Below are positions 19,905 to 29,736 of a DNA stretch of 61,233 bases, one piece after another. The notes beneath the pieces were generated by a model. It had not been told where the DNA came from and made no database searches. It saw only the letters and a program-made list of their open reading frames with translations. The translations under genes were made by a program, and so were the position numbers. Numbering within the stretch: position 1 is the first letter of the stretch; each line of letters opens with the position of its first letter. Source of the stretch: Candidatus Odyssella sp. Lineage in GTDB: Bacteria; Pseudomonadota; Alphaproteobacteria; Paracaedibacterales; CAITNM01. The DNA is taken from assembly GCA_020726185.1 (NCBI GenBank), contig DYTB01000006.1, positions 1 to 61,233 of the forward strand, in the 5' to 3' direction.

Positions 19905-21446
19905 ATGTGTTTAAAGCTTTTTATTTGTCTGTGGACATACTCGCTGTGTTCAACAGTTTTTGCCGCAACTGACATTTCGGTTTGGGAGCAAGCAAGCCAA
20001 GCGCTGCAATATCAAAATAATGACCGTATCGCGCACTTCAGTACAGAATTGAGCGATCAAAAAGCACCCTTAGAATTATTTATTTCTCAACAGAAAAAGG
20101 TAATTGGGAAACTCCCTATGACTATAATAGGCGCATATTAGTATCAGCTCTGCTGTGCAAAGTAGGTTGGAAAGGCACTTTATTTTTAATGTCATCTGAA
20201 GAAAATATTCAGAAATTTTATGAAGGAAATGTTCCTCTCTGTTTGAAAAAACCTGATGCAAAAGCAGTTGTCAAAAAATATTTCATAGATATTGAAAATG
20301 CTGCAGAGAAAGGCCAAACAGGAGCGGTGTTATGTTTCATGTCTCTTTTTTATACAGAAAAAGATTGTTGGCAGCACAGTTTTTCTCATGGATTTTTTAA
20401 ATATTGCCAGAAAAACGGATACGGAAATTTTGCAAAATACGTGCTTCATCATTCGGATGATTTTTCAGGGCACAGCCAAAATATGCACAGCCAATTTAAG
20501 ATTTGGAAAGGACAATGTTTAGCGGAGGCCTTTGTAACTGAGTTAAAAAAAGGAAATGCATATTATTTTGACCATGAGAAACAAAAACTTAAAAGATTAA
20601 AATTAGAACTACCTTCTGTAAGCGCGTTGTATGTGGAATTAGCCAAACAAGCTCGTTTTGACTTAATGGATTTTGTTCTAACACATCATTCATGGCCAAA
20701 ACCTTCTATAGAAGCAGAAAATTTTGCTTTGGAGACTGTGCTAAACGCAAGAAATTACAAACGCGCAAAATGGCTACTGTCTGTTGAAAAACTTGGACAC
20801 AAACCTGAAATAATAGTTTTACACACTGCTGCAGCAAAAGCAGCGCAAGAAAGATCATGGCAAACAGTTGATGATCTGCTTGCCAATATGTATGACGAAT
20901 CACGACCTGTAACACAAGCACTGACGGATGATTTGTTTGTTTGTGCAGTGGCGTATCAAAATCATGAATACTTCAGCTTATTAACAGGCGAAAATCCCTT
21001 TGCAGTATTAACTGGTGAAGAATGGGCATATGCCCCTCCAAGCCCTCCTGCATTTGATAGAGGATTATTAGAAACCGTAAGGTTCAGATATCAAGATACG
21101 TTTAATAGATTTTTGGGTAGATACAGTGAAAAATTATCAGAAGCTGGAATGAAAGCAGCTTTAGAACAAGCTGGAAAGCCAGGAGTTAATGCAAGTTTGT
21201 ATGATTGCCTTGATACGCTTGTATACCCCGGCAGTGCGGATAATCACTACCAAGAATGTTTAAAAAGAAAACTTGGTATCCCAACTAAACGTGAATCGAT
21301 GTTTCAAATTGTAAATTTTCACCTTGAACCACTTGAACTAATTAAACTGTAACACTACAGATGTATCATCTTTTTTAGTTCCCATAACTGGTGAAGCAAA
21401 TAGTAGTAGTGCAGAAGCTGATACCGGAGCTGCAACTGACGCTTAA
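19905..21446 (+). pseudogene. Frameshifted secreted helical-repeat (ankyrin-like) protein
   Basis: Signal-peptide ORF 19905..20141 overlaps the frame of 20189..21352, which is open from 20024. A coding-like tail TTDVSS...DTGAATDA* (21354-21446) lies in another frame. Confidence 0.55.
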
Positions 21447-21449
21447 TTG

Positions 21450-22691
21450 CTACTTAATCAGTTCAATAACGATAATTGCAACACCACACAAGAAAACCAG
21501 TGCCAAAATACCATTGCCTCCTACCACTTTGTAGGGGGTAATGCTGTTTGATTGACGCAATTTATACGCAACTGCCGCTGGTAGCAAAATTGCCAACACA
21601 CTCAGCGCAATTGATGCATACCCCAAAGCCATAATAAAACCATTGGGATAGAACAAAGCAAAAAATAATGGAGGCACGAATGTTAAAAGTGCCGTTTGGA
21701 ACCTCTGCCTCGATGTGTTTTTCTGCTTGAAGCTCTCAGCTAAATAATCAAATAATCCAATCGCCACCCCTAAAAATGAAGTAGAAACAGCAAAGAACGT
21801 AAAAATATTTGAACAATAGCCAATGGCACTGCTTTTGGTTATCTCGTTTAAATTGTGAATAAATGATGCAACGTTTTGTTCTTCTACCCCTGTTGATGGA
21901 GGCAAAACACCTAATGTAACAGTTTGCCATAAAATATATACAAATAGTGGTGCAATGCTTCCTGCAATAATAACTTTCCGTAAATATTTAGGATTCGGAC
22001 CAACATAATTAACAAGCGTTGGGATGCTTCCATGAAACCCGAATGATGTAAAAAACAGTGGTATTGCTAGCCAAAAAGCGCTGGGCTCACTACCAGCAGC
22101 AGCTAAATATTGAGTTTGTATAAAGGGGATAAGACAATAGACAAGGCTTAAGAAAATCCCGACTTTGAAAAATAACAAGAAACGATTTGCAAAATCTACA
22201 TGACGGGTTGATGAATAGACAAAAACCCCAAGCATTGCTGCAAATGCAAATGCCATTAATGCAAAAGGAACAGAAACACCCAAAAAATTATCGATTCCTG
22301 TTTTTAGAAAGGCTGCTCCGCCAGTAGTATAGGCGGAGAGCAACGCATAAAATAAAAAGCCAATGCTAAGTGATGCAATCCATTTTCCAAAACGGCCAAA
22401 AGTTTTCTCAGCCAAATACGATATGCTATATCCGCCACCAAACCTTAAGTTTATTTCCAAAGTAATGAGTGCTGCAAAACAGGTGAAAATCCACATAGCA
22501 ACCAATAGCAAAGAACTATTAAGGAACCCTACTTTACCAGAAGTCATAGGAAGTGCAAGCATTCCTGCACCAAAAGTTGTGCCAGCAACGATGAGTGTTG
22601 CTCCTATAAACCTACTCTTTGATGGGACTTGCATTTGTTGAGGTGCTTCCTGATTAAGAGATTCAGATACTAAACGGGTCGCTGTTTGCAT
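21450..22691 (-). CDS. HAAAP aromatic amino acid permease (TyrP/Mtr family)
   Basis: AGTTFGAGMLALP, TSFGFHGSIP, TSFLGV and PNGFIMALGYA. Confidence 0.9.
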   Translation of the reverse strand: MQTATRLVSESLNQEAPQQMQVPSKSRFIGATLIVAGTTFGAGMLALPMTSGKVGFLNSSLLLVAMWIFTCFAALITLEINLRFGGGYSISYLAEKTFGRFGKWIASLSIGFLFYALLSAYTTGGAAFLKTGIDNFLGVSVPFALMAFAFAAMLGVFVYSSTRHVDFANRFLLFFKVGIFLSLVYCLIPFIQTQYLAAAGSEPSAFWLAIPLFFTSFGFHGSIPTLVNYVGPNPKYLRKVIIAGSIAPLFVYILWQTVTLGVLPPSTGVEEQNVASFIHNLNEITKSSAIGYCSNIFTFFAVSTSFLGVAIGLFDYLAESFKQKNTSRQRFQTALLTFVPPLFFALFYPNGFIMALGYASIALSVLAILLPAAVAYKLRQSNSITPYKVVGGNGILALVFLCGVAIIVIELIK

Positions 22692-22766
22692 GAGAAACTT
22701 ATCTAAATGGTTTCCTATATGGTAGAATGTTTTTACTTTTAAAATCTAGTCAAAATTATACTACCT

Positions 22767-23174
22767 ATGAACTTAGCTAATTTTTGGAAAAATTTTCCTG
22801 GTCAGTGGCACTTTGAAAGGTTTATTTCTGATCAGAGCATGCTGACTGGGTTTCTGAATGTGGAAAAAATAAATCCCTCTTTTTATAAAGCTCATGAAAA
22901 CGGCACATACAAAAATAGTAATGAACAAACATTTTTTCGAGACTACCAGTTCAATTGGGAAAATGAGTGTTTAAATATTTCGGGATTCAATCCAAAAGAT
23001 GGATACGTTCAGCTTCACAGTATAACTGATGCATCAAGAATACATACACACATATGTAAGCAAGATGTGTATGTATTTGAGCTGAAGAATTTTGATTTGA
23101 ATAGTTGGAGATCTGTTATTGTTATAACAGGTCCAAAAAAGAATTTAACAATAAAAACAAACTACACACGTTAA
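22767..23174 (+). CDS. DUF6314-like hypothetical protein
   Basis: GQWHFERFI, HICKQDVY and GPKKN...TNYTR pattern. Confidence 0.55.
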   Translation: MNLANFWKNFPGQWHFERFISDQSMLTGFLNVEKINPSFYKAHENGTYKNSNEQTFFRDYQFNWENECLNISGFNPKDGYVQLHSITDASRIHTHICKQDVYVFELKNFDLNSWRSVIVITGPKKNLTIKTNYTR

Positions 23175-23229
23175 TAATAATTGATTATGAAATAAAAATG
23201 CTGCATAATAATCATATGACTTTTATTGT

Positions 23230-23895
23230 TTGTTAATTGTTTTGATTTTTAAATTATTTGTTATATTTAATGTTGTTTGCGTTGCTTATGGGGCAACTAA
23301 TCTCGATGCAGATCCAGTAGAACCACATTATAATTTAAGAACAAGAGACAAAAGAGCGCATTCTCTACATGAAGAATCAACCACCTCCTCTGCAACCTCA
23401 GCAATCACTGCTACAAAACGAGTAAGAACTTCAAAGAAAAAACTTGCGCTAACTTTAACGAGATCAGAAATTGATAATGATTTTGAAGTAATTATAGGCA
23501 ACTCAAAAAAAGCATCTGCATTAAAGAAACTTTCTTTTTCTAAAGCATCTCTCCGTTTAGCAAAACGTGTTCAAGCTATTTTACCATCCACAGAAATTAA
23601 TGAATTGGCACACATACTAGATAGAACAGGTAAACATTATCTCTTATCAAATGCAGTCTTTCAGAATGCACTCTTTAACTACGAAAAAGCTCTGGTAGAT
23701 ACAAAAAAATTCTTACAAGAAAAGTCAGAGCCACCATTTCCTTTGATTGGACTGACAGCTAGCAAAGGAACAAAAACATATGAAAGACAGCTTTTATCAA
23801 GAAGAAGATCTGCTGTTCAATACTACATGTCAGATAAAAAATTCAAAGTGCTATCCGCTGTCCATATGCTTACAGAAAGATCAAATCACTTTTAA
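23230..23895 (+). CDS. Secreted basic hypothetical protein with YNLRTR and NLS-like clusters
   Basis: Hydrophobic N-terminus ending VAYGA, then HYNLRTRDKR and KRVRTSKKK. TTG start uncertain. Confidence 0.6.
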   Translation: MLIVLIFKLFVIFNVVCVAYGATNLDADPVEPHYNLRTRDKRAHSLHEESTTSSATSAITATKRVRTSKKKLALTLTRSEIDNDFEVIIGNSKKASALKKLSFSKASLRLAKRVQAILPSTEINELAHILDRTGKHYLLSNAVFQNALFNYEKALVDTKKFLQEKSEPPFPLIGLTASKGTKTYERQLLSRRRSAVQYYMSDKKFKVLSAVHMLTERSNHF

Positions 23896-23898
23896 GAA

Positions 23899-24453
23899 TT
23901 ATTTCAGCAACCGCTTCGCTGTTTTAATAACATTTTCAAGAGAATTTTCCACGTGCAAAAATTGCGCATGCTCTTTGCGTGCAAAGTCCGCATCAATAAT
24001 ATGGTGAAATAGTGAAACCAGAGGATCCCAAAAATTATTAAGGTTCGCAATAATAATTGGTTTATGGTGTAGGTTAAGTTGTTTCCAGGTCAGAATTTCA
24101 AAAAATTCATCTAAAGTTCCAAACCCACCTGGCATAATGATGAAAGCATCTGCTTTTTGAGACATTTGAAGTTTTCTAGTATGCATAGTGTCAACAACAT
24201 ATATTTCATGAAGCCCACTTTGCACTCCTTCACGTTCATCTAACTGTTCTGTCGTTACGCCCATAACAAGTCCGCCATTTTCAACAACGGTATTAGAAAC
24301 ACGCCCCATTAACCCAAGGCGCCCTCCCCCATAAACCATATTAAAGCCATTTGTAGCAATTAGCTTTCCAAGCTCTTCCGCTGATTGATAGTAGAAGGGA
24401 TCAACTCGTTCAGAAGCACCACAATATACACAAAGATATTTACCTTTAGTCAT
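23899..24453 (-). CDS. LOG family protein (TIGR00730)
   Basis: CVYCGAS, VYGGG..GLMG, MHTRK and PGGFGTLDE. Confidence 0.9.
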   Translation of the reverse strand: MTKGKYLCVYCGASERVDPFYYQSAEELGKLIATNGFNMVYGGGRLGLMGRVSNTVVENGGLVMGVTTEQLDEREGVQSGLHEIYVVDTMHTRKLQMSQKADAFIIMPGGFGTLDEFFEILTWKQLNLHHKPIIIANLNNFWDPLVSLFHHIIDADFARKEHAQFLHVENSLENVIKTAKRLLK

Positions 24454-24535
24454 GATTTACCTACCTGTTGGGCTTTATCTGTATGAATGACACTAGACAA
24501 AGGTTTTTCTTCTGTCTCAGAATGACAAACAGTAC

Positions 24536-24550
24536 TTAACATTTCATTAA
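24536..24550. promoter_or_regulatory. CtrA-box-like TTAA-N7-TTAA upstream of vgrG
   Basis: TTAA CATTTCA TTAA, 26 bp before the vgrG start. The AT-rich background weakens significance. Confidence 0.35.
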
Positions 24551-24576
24551 AATTATAATTTTTCAAGGGGAAGTAC

Positions 24577-26748
24577 GTGTCTGCTGGTGAAATTCTTTCA
24601 GTTAAAATTAAAACTGCGTTTGGAGACGGCACTTTTGTAGCACAACGCGTTGTGGCTGAGGAAATATTATCTGAGTCATACGTTGTTGATGTGTACGCAT
24701 CAACAACAACTTCTACATTTGATGGGGACGACTTGGTTCACACTAAAGCCGGAGTAATTTTTGAAGTATATGGACAAAAAGATTCATCTTCAAAACAGGG
24801 AGTTCGTGCTTATCATGGCGTAATCACACACATGGAACATTTGAAAACTGTCATTGATGAAGAAAAACAGTTAACGCATTTTTTCCACTTTCAGCTGCAC
24901 TCTACTTTTTGGATGTTAAAACACGGCGCCGACCACAGAATTTTTCAAGAGCAATCAGCAATCGATATCATCCAAACTATATTAAGAGAAAATGGCGTAT
25001 CTGATTTTGAGATAAAAGCCAGTGGAGGCACAAGCGTGCGCGAATACTGTGTGCAATATGGTGAAAATCACTTTGATTTTGTTTCAAGATTACTTGAAGA
25101 AGAAGGGATTGGATATTATTTCACCCATACAGATTCAAATCACACCATGGTTTTATTTGATCAAAATTCAAGTTTTACGCACATTGCCCAAGGCTCATTA
25201 GCGTTTTTAAATGTGGATGCTGACGGCGCATTCATTGATCGTGTTTTTGCTTTTGGTAAAAAATCTCAAGTAGCCCCTAAAGCTTATAAGACAATTGATT
25301 ACAATTATAAAACACCCCACACACAATTGCTAAATAGCAGCTCTGGATCTGGGTTTGGAAAAGAAATTTATGAATATCCAGGATTATTTCAAAAATCGAG
25401 TGATGGGCATAAATTAGCTGATCAACGTATGGAAGAAATTGAATGGTTTACAAAACGTGTTTATGGCAAAACAACCTGCCCAAGCATAGCACCTGGCTAT
25501 ACATTTACGCTGAAAGAGCATCCCATCAAAGAATACAACAAGGAATATGTCATTTCTTATGTACGCCATGAAATTATTTCTCAAGCAGACGATCAATCAA
25601 CAGAAGGAAGAGAATCTAATCTTCTAACTTATACAAACAGTTTTGAAGGTTTCTTAAAAACGATTCACTATCGCCCCTACCGTAAAACACTTAAACCGCG
25701 CATTTATGGATCACAAACAGCTTTTGTAACAGGTGCAGGAACCGAAGTATACGGCGATCCTATGGCACGCATCAAAGTTAAATTTCATTGGGATTTGAGT
25801 AACCCTGACGATGAAACAAGTTCTTTATGGATTAGAGTAAGCCAATCATTGAGTGGAGCTGCTTGGGGAGCTTTATACATGCCACGCATTGGTATGGAAG
25901 TGGTTGTAGCTTTTATTGATGGAGATCCAGATAGGCCGTTAGTTACTGGATGCGTATACAACCAAGCATTTATGCCGCCTTATTCCCCCCAAGATAAACC
26001 CCATTACATGACTTTGAAGAGTAAAACGTTTGATGATGATTCTGGTCATAATGAATTACGTTTTAGTGACGATCCCGGTAAAGAAGAAATATTCCTGTAT
26101 GGTCAATACGATATGAATACAGTGATTGAGCATAGCAGAAATGAGGATATGAACACAGGCGATGATACGTTAACCATCCACAAAGGTGATAAAATGATTC
26201 ACCAAAAAGGAAAGGGCACTATGTATTTGACCCTTATTGATAAGGGTGACCGCACCACAAATCTTAAAAAGGGAAATTTTGTTATCGATGTTAATGGAAC
26301 TATTTTAATTAAAGCGACCAAAGACATTACGATACAAACACCTAAAAATATCATCATGAAGGCCGGGCAAAATATTATGATGAAGGCAGAGAAAAACATT
26401 ATGATGAAAGCCGGGATGAATATACAGTCAAAAGCTGGGAAGAATATTCAAACAAAAGCAGGAATGAATATACAGTCAAAAGCTGGGAAGAATATTCAAA
26501 CAAAAGCAGGAATGAATATACAGTCAAAAGCTGGCATGAATATACAAGAAAAGGCGGAAATGAACATACAAGAAAAAGCAGGCATAATGATTCAAACCAA
26601 AGCTGGTATGATGATTCAGATGAAGTCCGGATTAGCTTTTCAAGCAAAAGCAGGAGCAATGATGGAATTAAAAAGCGGTGCATTAATAAAAGCTGAAGGC
26701 GGTGCAATGGGCATGTTCAAAGGTGCAATTACGAAATTAGGAAATTAG
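24577..26748 (+). CDS. vgrG: Type VI secretion spike protein VgrG/TssI
   Basis: RIFQE, REYCVQYGE..FDFVSRLLEEEGI, YEYPG, RIKVKFHWD, WIRVSQ, PRIGMEVVVAFIDGDPDRP and NELRF; 8-aa repeat spike at the C-terminus. Confidence 0.95.
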   Translation: MSAGEILSVKIKTAFGDGTFVAQRVVAEEILSESYVVDVYASTTTSTFDGDDLVHTKAGVIFEVYGQKDSSSKQGVRAYHGVITHMEHLKTVIDEEKQLTHFFHFQLHSTFWMLKHGADHRIFQEQSAIDIIQTILRENGVSDFEIKASGGTSVREYCVQYGENHFDFVSRLLEEEGIGYYFTHTDSNHTMVLFDQNSSFTHIAQGSLAFLNVDADGAFIDRVFAFGKKSQVAPKAYKTIDYNYKTPHTQLLNSSSGSGFGKEIYEYPGLFQKSSDGHKLADQRMEEIEWFTKRVYGKTTCPSIAPGYTFTLKEHPIKEYNKEYVISYVRHEIISQADDQSTEGRESNLLTYTNSFEGFLKTIHYRPYRKTLKPRIYGSQTAFVTGAGTEVYGDPMARIKVKFHWDLSNPDDETSSLWIRVSQSLSGAAWGALYMPRIGMEVVVAFIDGDPDRPLVTGCVYNQAFMPPYSPQDKPHYMTLKSKTFDDDSGHNELRFSDDPGKEEIFLYGQYDMNTVIEHSRNEDMNTGDDTLTIHKGDKMIHQKGKGTMYLTLIDKGDRTTNLKKGNFVIDVNGTILIKATKDITIQTPKNIIMKAGQNIMMKAEKNIMMKAGMNIQSKAGKNIQTKAGMNIQSKAGKNIQTKAGMNIQSKAGMNIQEKAEMNIQEKAGIMIQTKAGMMIQMKSGLAFQAKAGAMMELKSGALIKAEGGAMGMFKGAITKLGN
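26344..26730 (+). repeat. About 16 8-aa beta-helix repeats, with an exact 48-bp unit x2.5 at 26416-26534
   Basis: KNIIMKAG QNIMMKAE KNIMMKAG MNIQSKAG KNIQTKAG MNIQSKAG KNIQTKAG MNIQSKAG... Confidence 0.9.
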
Positions 26749-26750
26749 AC

Positions 26751-27602
26751 ATGGTCTTTGATAGTCATCAATTTGCAGGAACTGATCAAAAAATGATCAA
26801 CCAAGAAAAAACTGAAGAACAATTACAACAAGTAACTGAAAATAAAAAAGATGCTGAAACGCTAGTTCGTCAATCTCAAGACATTTTTAAAAAACCATAT
26901 AGCATCAAAGATTTTGCAAAACATTCAGCTAGTCAGAATGTAAGTATTGATGATAATAGCGAAAAGGCTCCGGATTGCTCGCCAGGTTACGAACATTGCG
27001 CCCAAGAAAATGAAGACGAAATCAGAATTTTTGAGGAAGAAAGTCAACGTGATGAAGAAGAAGACGCACACGATGACAAAGAAGAAGACCCTGAAGACGA
27101 CGAAGATACCCCTAAAGAAGATATCACTGCACCTGTGCACGAAGTGAAAATTCAAAAAGTAGGCGATAAAATTTTACACGCCGAATTTTCAAAAGGATTA
27201 AAACATGGGGTCACTAGCATTAAAACCAAAGAAGGACATTACGAAATGCAAGCACATTATGTGAAAGATAAACTTGATGGTCCTACAACATATTATTACC
27301 CAGATGGAAAAATAGAACGCGAAATAAATTTTCAACAGGGAGAAATGCATGGCCTGATGAAGTCTTTTCATGAAGATGGAAAAACAGCAATGGAAATTGA
27401 ATATGAGCGCGGAATAATGCACGGAATGTCAAAAATTTACGATGAATTTGGAAATAACCAAATTTTTTCAACGTACAAAAAAGGTAAACTTCACGGAGAA
27501 ATGATTATTTTTTCTAACGGAAAGCCTTATTTAAAAAAAATCTACCACGAAGGACGTGAAACACACCAACAGCATGACCCGGAAGCGGCGCACAGTTGTT
27601 AA
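26751..27602 (+). CDS. MORN-variant repeat protein (YwqK-like) with an acidic N-terminal region
   Basis: LDGPTTYYYPDGKI, MHGLMKSFHEDGKT, MHGMSKIYDEFGN and LHGEMIIFSNGK; starts 2 bp after vgrG. Confidence 0.8.
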   Translation: MVFDSHQFAGTDQKMINQEKTEEQLQQVTENKKDAETLVRQSQDIFKKPYSIKDFAKHSASQNVSIDDNSEKAPDCSPGYEHCAQENEDEIRIFEEESQRDEEEDAHDDKEEDPEDDEDTPKEDITAPVHEVKIQKVGDKILHAEFSKGLKHGVTSIKTKEGHYEMQAHYVKDKLDGPTTYYYPDGKIEREINFQQGEMHGLMKSFHEDGKTAMEIEYERGIMHGMSKIYDEFGNNQIFSTYKKGKLHGEMIIFSNGKPYLKKIYHEGRETHQQHDPEAAHSC

Positions 27603-27652
27603 ATTTTATTTTGTTGCTTATAATAAAAGTAACGTAATTTATGGTATAAAAA

Positions 27653-28489
27653 ATGGCTCTAGAACACGAGATCGCAGGTATGGCAATACAGGCAATGACT
27701 CCATCAATCATCAAGAAAGAAATGTTTAAAACTGAAGCAAAAAGCCTTGCAAAATTTATTGTTGGTTTTTTAGTTTTTAGCACTTTGTTTTTTAAGCCTT
27801 TTAATATTCCGACTGGGTCAATGATTCCCAATTTGTTGATTGGAGATTTTTTAGTCGTAAATAAATTTGCTTATGGCTATACACGATATAGCTTGCCTTT
27901 TGGGTCAGATGTTGATTGGTTTAAAGGACGAATACTCCCGGAAAACCCTAAAATGGGGGATATAGGTGTATTTCATAACCCAAAAGATTCTGAACCATTT
28001 TCTATTTTGGGAATTAAGCTTTGGGATTCCGCAAAAGATTACGTTAAACGCATTATCGGTTTGCCAGGTGACCGCATTCAAATGAAAAAAGGACGTTTGT
28101 GGATTAATGGTAAAGAGTGCCCTATTAAACGAGTTGAAGATTTTCCCCACGTTGATCACTATGGTAAAAATATTATGGCTCAAAAGTATGAGGAAACACT
28201 TCCGAACGGCGTTAAGCACACTTTTATTAAGTGCATTCCTTTCGGAGAGCATAGAGTCGATGATACGCCAGAGTATGTCGTTCCAGAAAATCACTTCATG
28301 ATCATTGGTGATAACCGCGATGGGTCGCTTGATAGCCGCTACATGAACGACAAAGTAAGTTTTATTTCTTATGATCACCTTATGGGTAAAGTCGCTTTTG
28401 TATTCTTTTCAACATCAGCAAAGTGGTATGAAGTTTGGAAATGGTTCACAGGTGTGAGAATTGAACTCATAATGACTATTCCTGAATAA
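27653..28489 (+). CDS. lepB: Signal peptidase I
   Basis: IPTGSMIPNLLIGD, YVKRIIGLPGD and GDNRDGSLDSR. Confidence 0.95.
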   Translation: MALEHEIAGMAIQAMTPSIIKKEMFKTEAKSLAKFIVGFLVFSTLFFKPFNIPTGSMIPNLLIGDFLVVNKFAYGYTRYSLPFGSDVDWFKGRILPENPKMGDIGVFHNPKDSEPFSILGIKLWDSAKDYVKRIIGLPGDRIQMKKGRLWINGKECPIKRVEDFPHVDHYGKNIMAQKYEETLPNGVKHTFIKCIPFGEHRVDDTPEYVVPENHFMIIGDNRDGSLDSRYMNDKVSFISYDHLMGKVAFVFFSTSAKWYEVWKWFTGVRIELIMTIPE

Positions 28490-28505
28490 AGGTCAAGATA
28501 TTCAC

Positions 28506-28536
28506 AAAAAAAGGGCTCTTTAAAGAGCCCTTTTTT
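28506..28536. terminator. Bidirectional intrinsic terminator
   Basis: AAAAAAAGGGCTCTT-T-AAAGAGCCCTTTTTT between the convergent lepB and patatin genes. Confidence 0.85.
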
Positions 28537-28553
28537 CTTACAGAGGAATTTTA

Positions 28554-29645
28554 TTATTTCTTTTTCTTATCGATCATTTTTATAGGTCCACTATGACTTG
28601 TGTGCTTAGTCCAGTCTTTTCCTGTGAAATGTTCACGGATAGGAGCGGTTGTTTTTTTACCCACATTTTCATAATTTTCTTTAATCCAACTAGTTGCAGC
28701 TTTACGACCTCTTTCAAAAAGGTGTGCAAAAAATTCTGCTTCTGTATTCAGCTTGCTTCCCCAACCAAGTTCTTGAAAGGTTGATTCATCTTCGATAAGA
28801 TGCAAATGTACGCGTTTCATGCGTCCTTCAGGAATAATTCCTTCGTCTTGCAACTGGCTGATCAAATGCATAGCACGAATTTCACGAACAACTGAAGCGT
28901 TGTTAGTAATTTCATTCAAACGATCACCAATTTCACGAGCACTTGTTGGTAGCTTGTTTCTAATAGTTGGATTCAACTGAATTAAAATAATATCAGAAGA
29001 TTCGCAATCATAAACTAGTGGGAACATCACTGGATTTCCAATGAATCCACCATCCCAATAATATTCGCCGTCTACCAATACAGCACTATGAATTGTTGGT
29101 AAGCAAGCTGTTACAAGCAAGCATTCTACTTTTAATTCTTCAGTTTTAAATACAGTCAACTTACCAGTGAACACGTGAGTCGCGCACAAAAATACCTTAC
29201 ACACATCTTGAGTGCGCAAAAGTTCAAAATCAAAAGTTTTCTTAATTACTTCACGTAAAGGGTCAGTTTTCATTGGATTAAGTTCATCTGGAGAGTGCAT
29301 GCGGCTTAAAAATTCAAACATCACAAACCCTGGAGAATTATACATCGTCCAGTTATTCATGTGCTTATCAATAGGACCACGGTTGTTAATTGAACTATTT
29401 TTTCCACTTTCACAAACTCTATCCCAGAATAATTTTAAGGTTGCACGAGCTTCTTGGTTGCCACCTTTAGCCAAGCCTTGAGCAACAGCTACTGCGTTCA
29501 TGCCACCTGCAGAAGTTCCTGTCAGGCCTTCAATTTCAAAGCGACCATCTTCTAATATCTTATCCAAGACACCCCAAGTAAAAGCCCCATGAGAACCACC
29601 ACCTTGACATGCAATGGACACTCTTTTTTTTGCTTTCTCTGCCAT
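28554..29645 (-). CDS. Patatin-like phospholipase
   Basis: QGGGSHGAFTWGV, GTSAG and YWDGG. Confidence 0.9.
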   Translation of the reverse strand: MAEKAKKRVSIACQGGGSHGAFTWGVLDKILEDGRFEIEGLTGTSAGGMNAVAVAQGLAKGGNQEARATLKLFWDRVCESGKNSSINNRGPIDKHMNNWTMYNSPGFVMFEFLSRMHSPDELNPMKTDPLREVIKKTFDFELLRTQDVCKVFLCATHVFTGKLTVFKTEELKVECLLVTACLPTIHSAVLVDGEYYWDGGFIGNPVMFPLVYDCESSDIILIQLNPTIRNKLPTSAREIGDRLNEITNNASVVREIRAMHLISQLQDEGIIPEGRMKRVHLHLIEDESTFQELGWGSKLNTEAEFFAHLFERGRKAATSWIKENYENVGKKTTAPIREHFTGKDWTKHTSHSGPIKMIDKKKK

Positions 29646-29706
29646 AGTTTACCTTCCAAAATCATAAAAAATTCTTTATCTATAGTGTTAACCTACATGA
29701 ATTTAT

Positions 29707-29722
29707 TTAAGAAATAGTTAAC
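29707..29722. promoter_or_regulatory. Full CtrA-box match TTAA-N7-TTAAC
   Basis: TTAA GAAATAG TTAAC in the patatin/tsaD divergent spacer. Confidence 0.5.
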
Positions 29723-29736
29723 ACGAAAGATATTTT

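Noticed and set aside
28554-29645. Patatin as a CBASS or other defence effector
   Set aside because: No nucleotidyltransferase or defence genes adjacent; it looks like the common stand-alone proteobacterial patatin.
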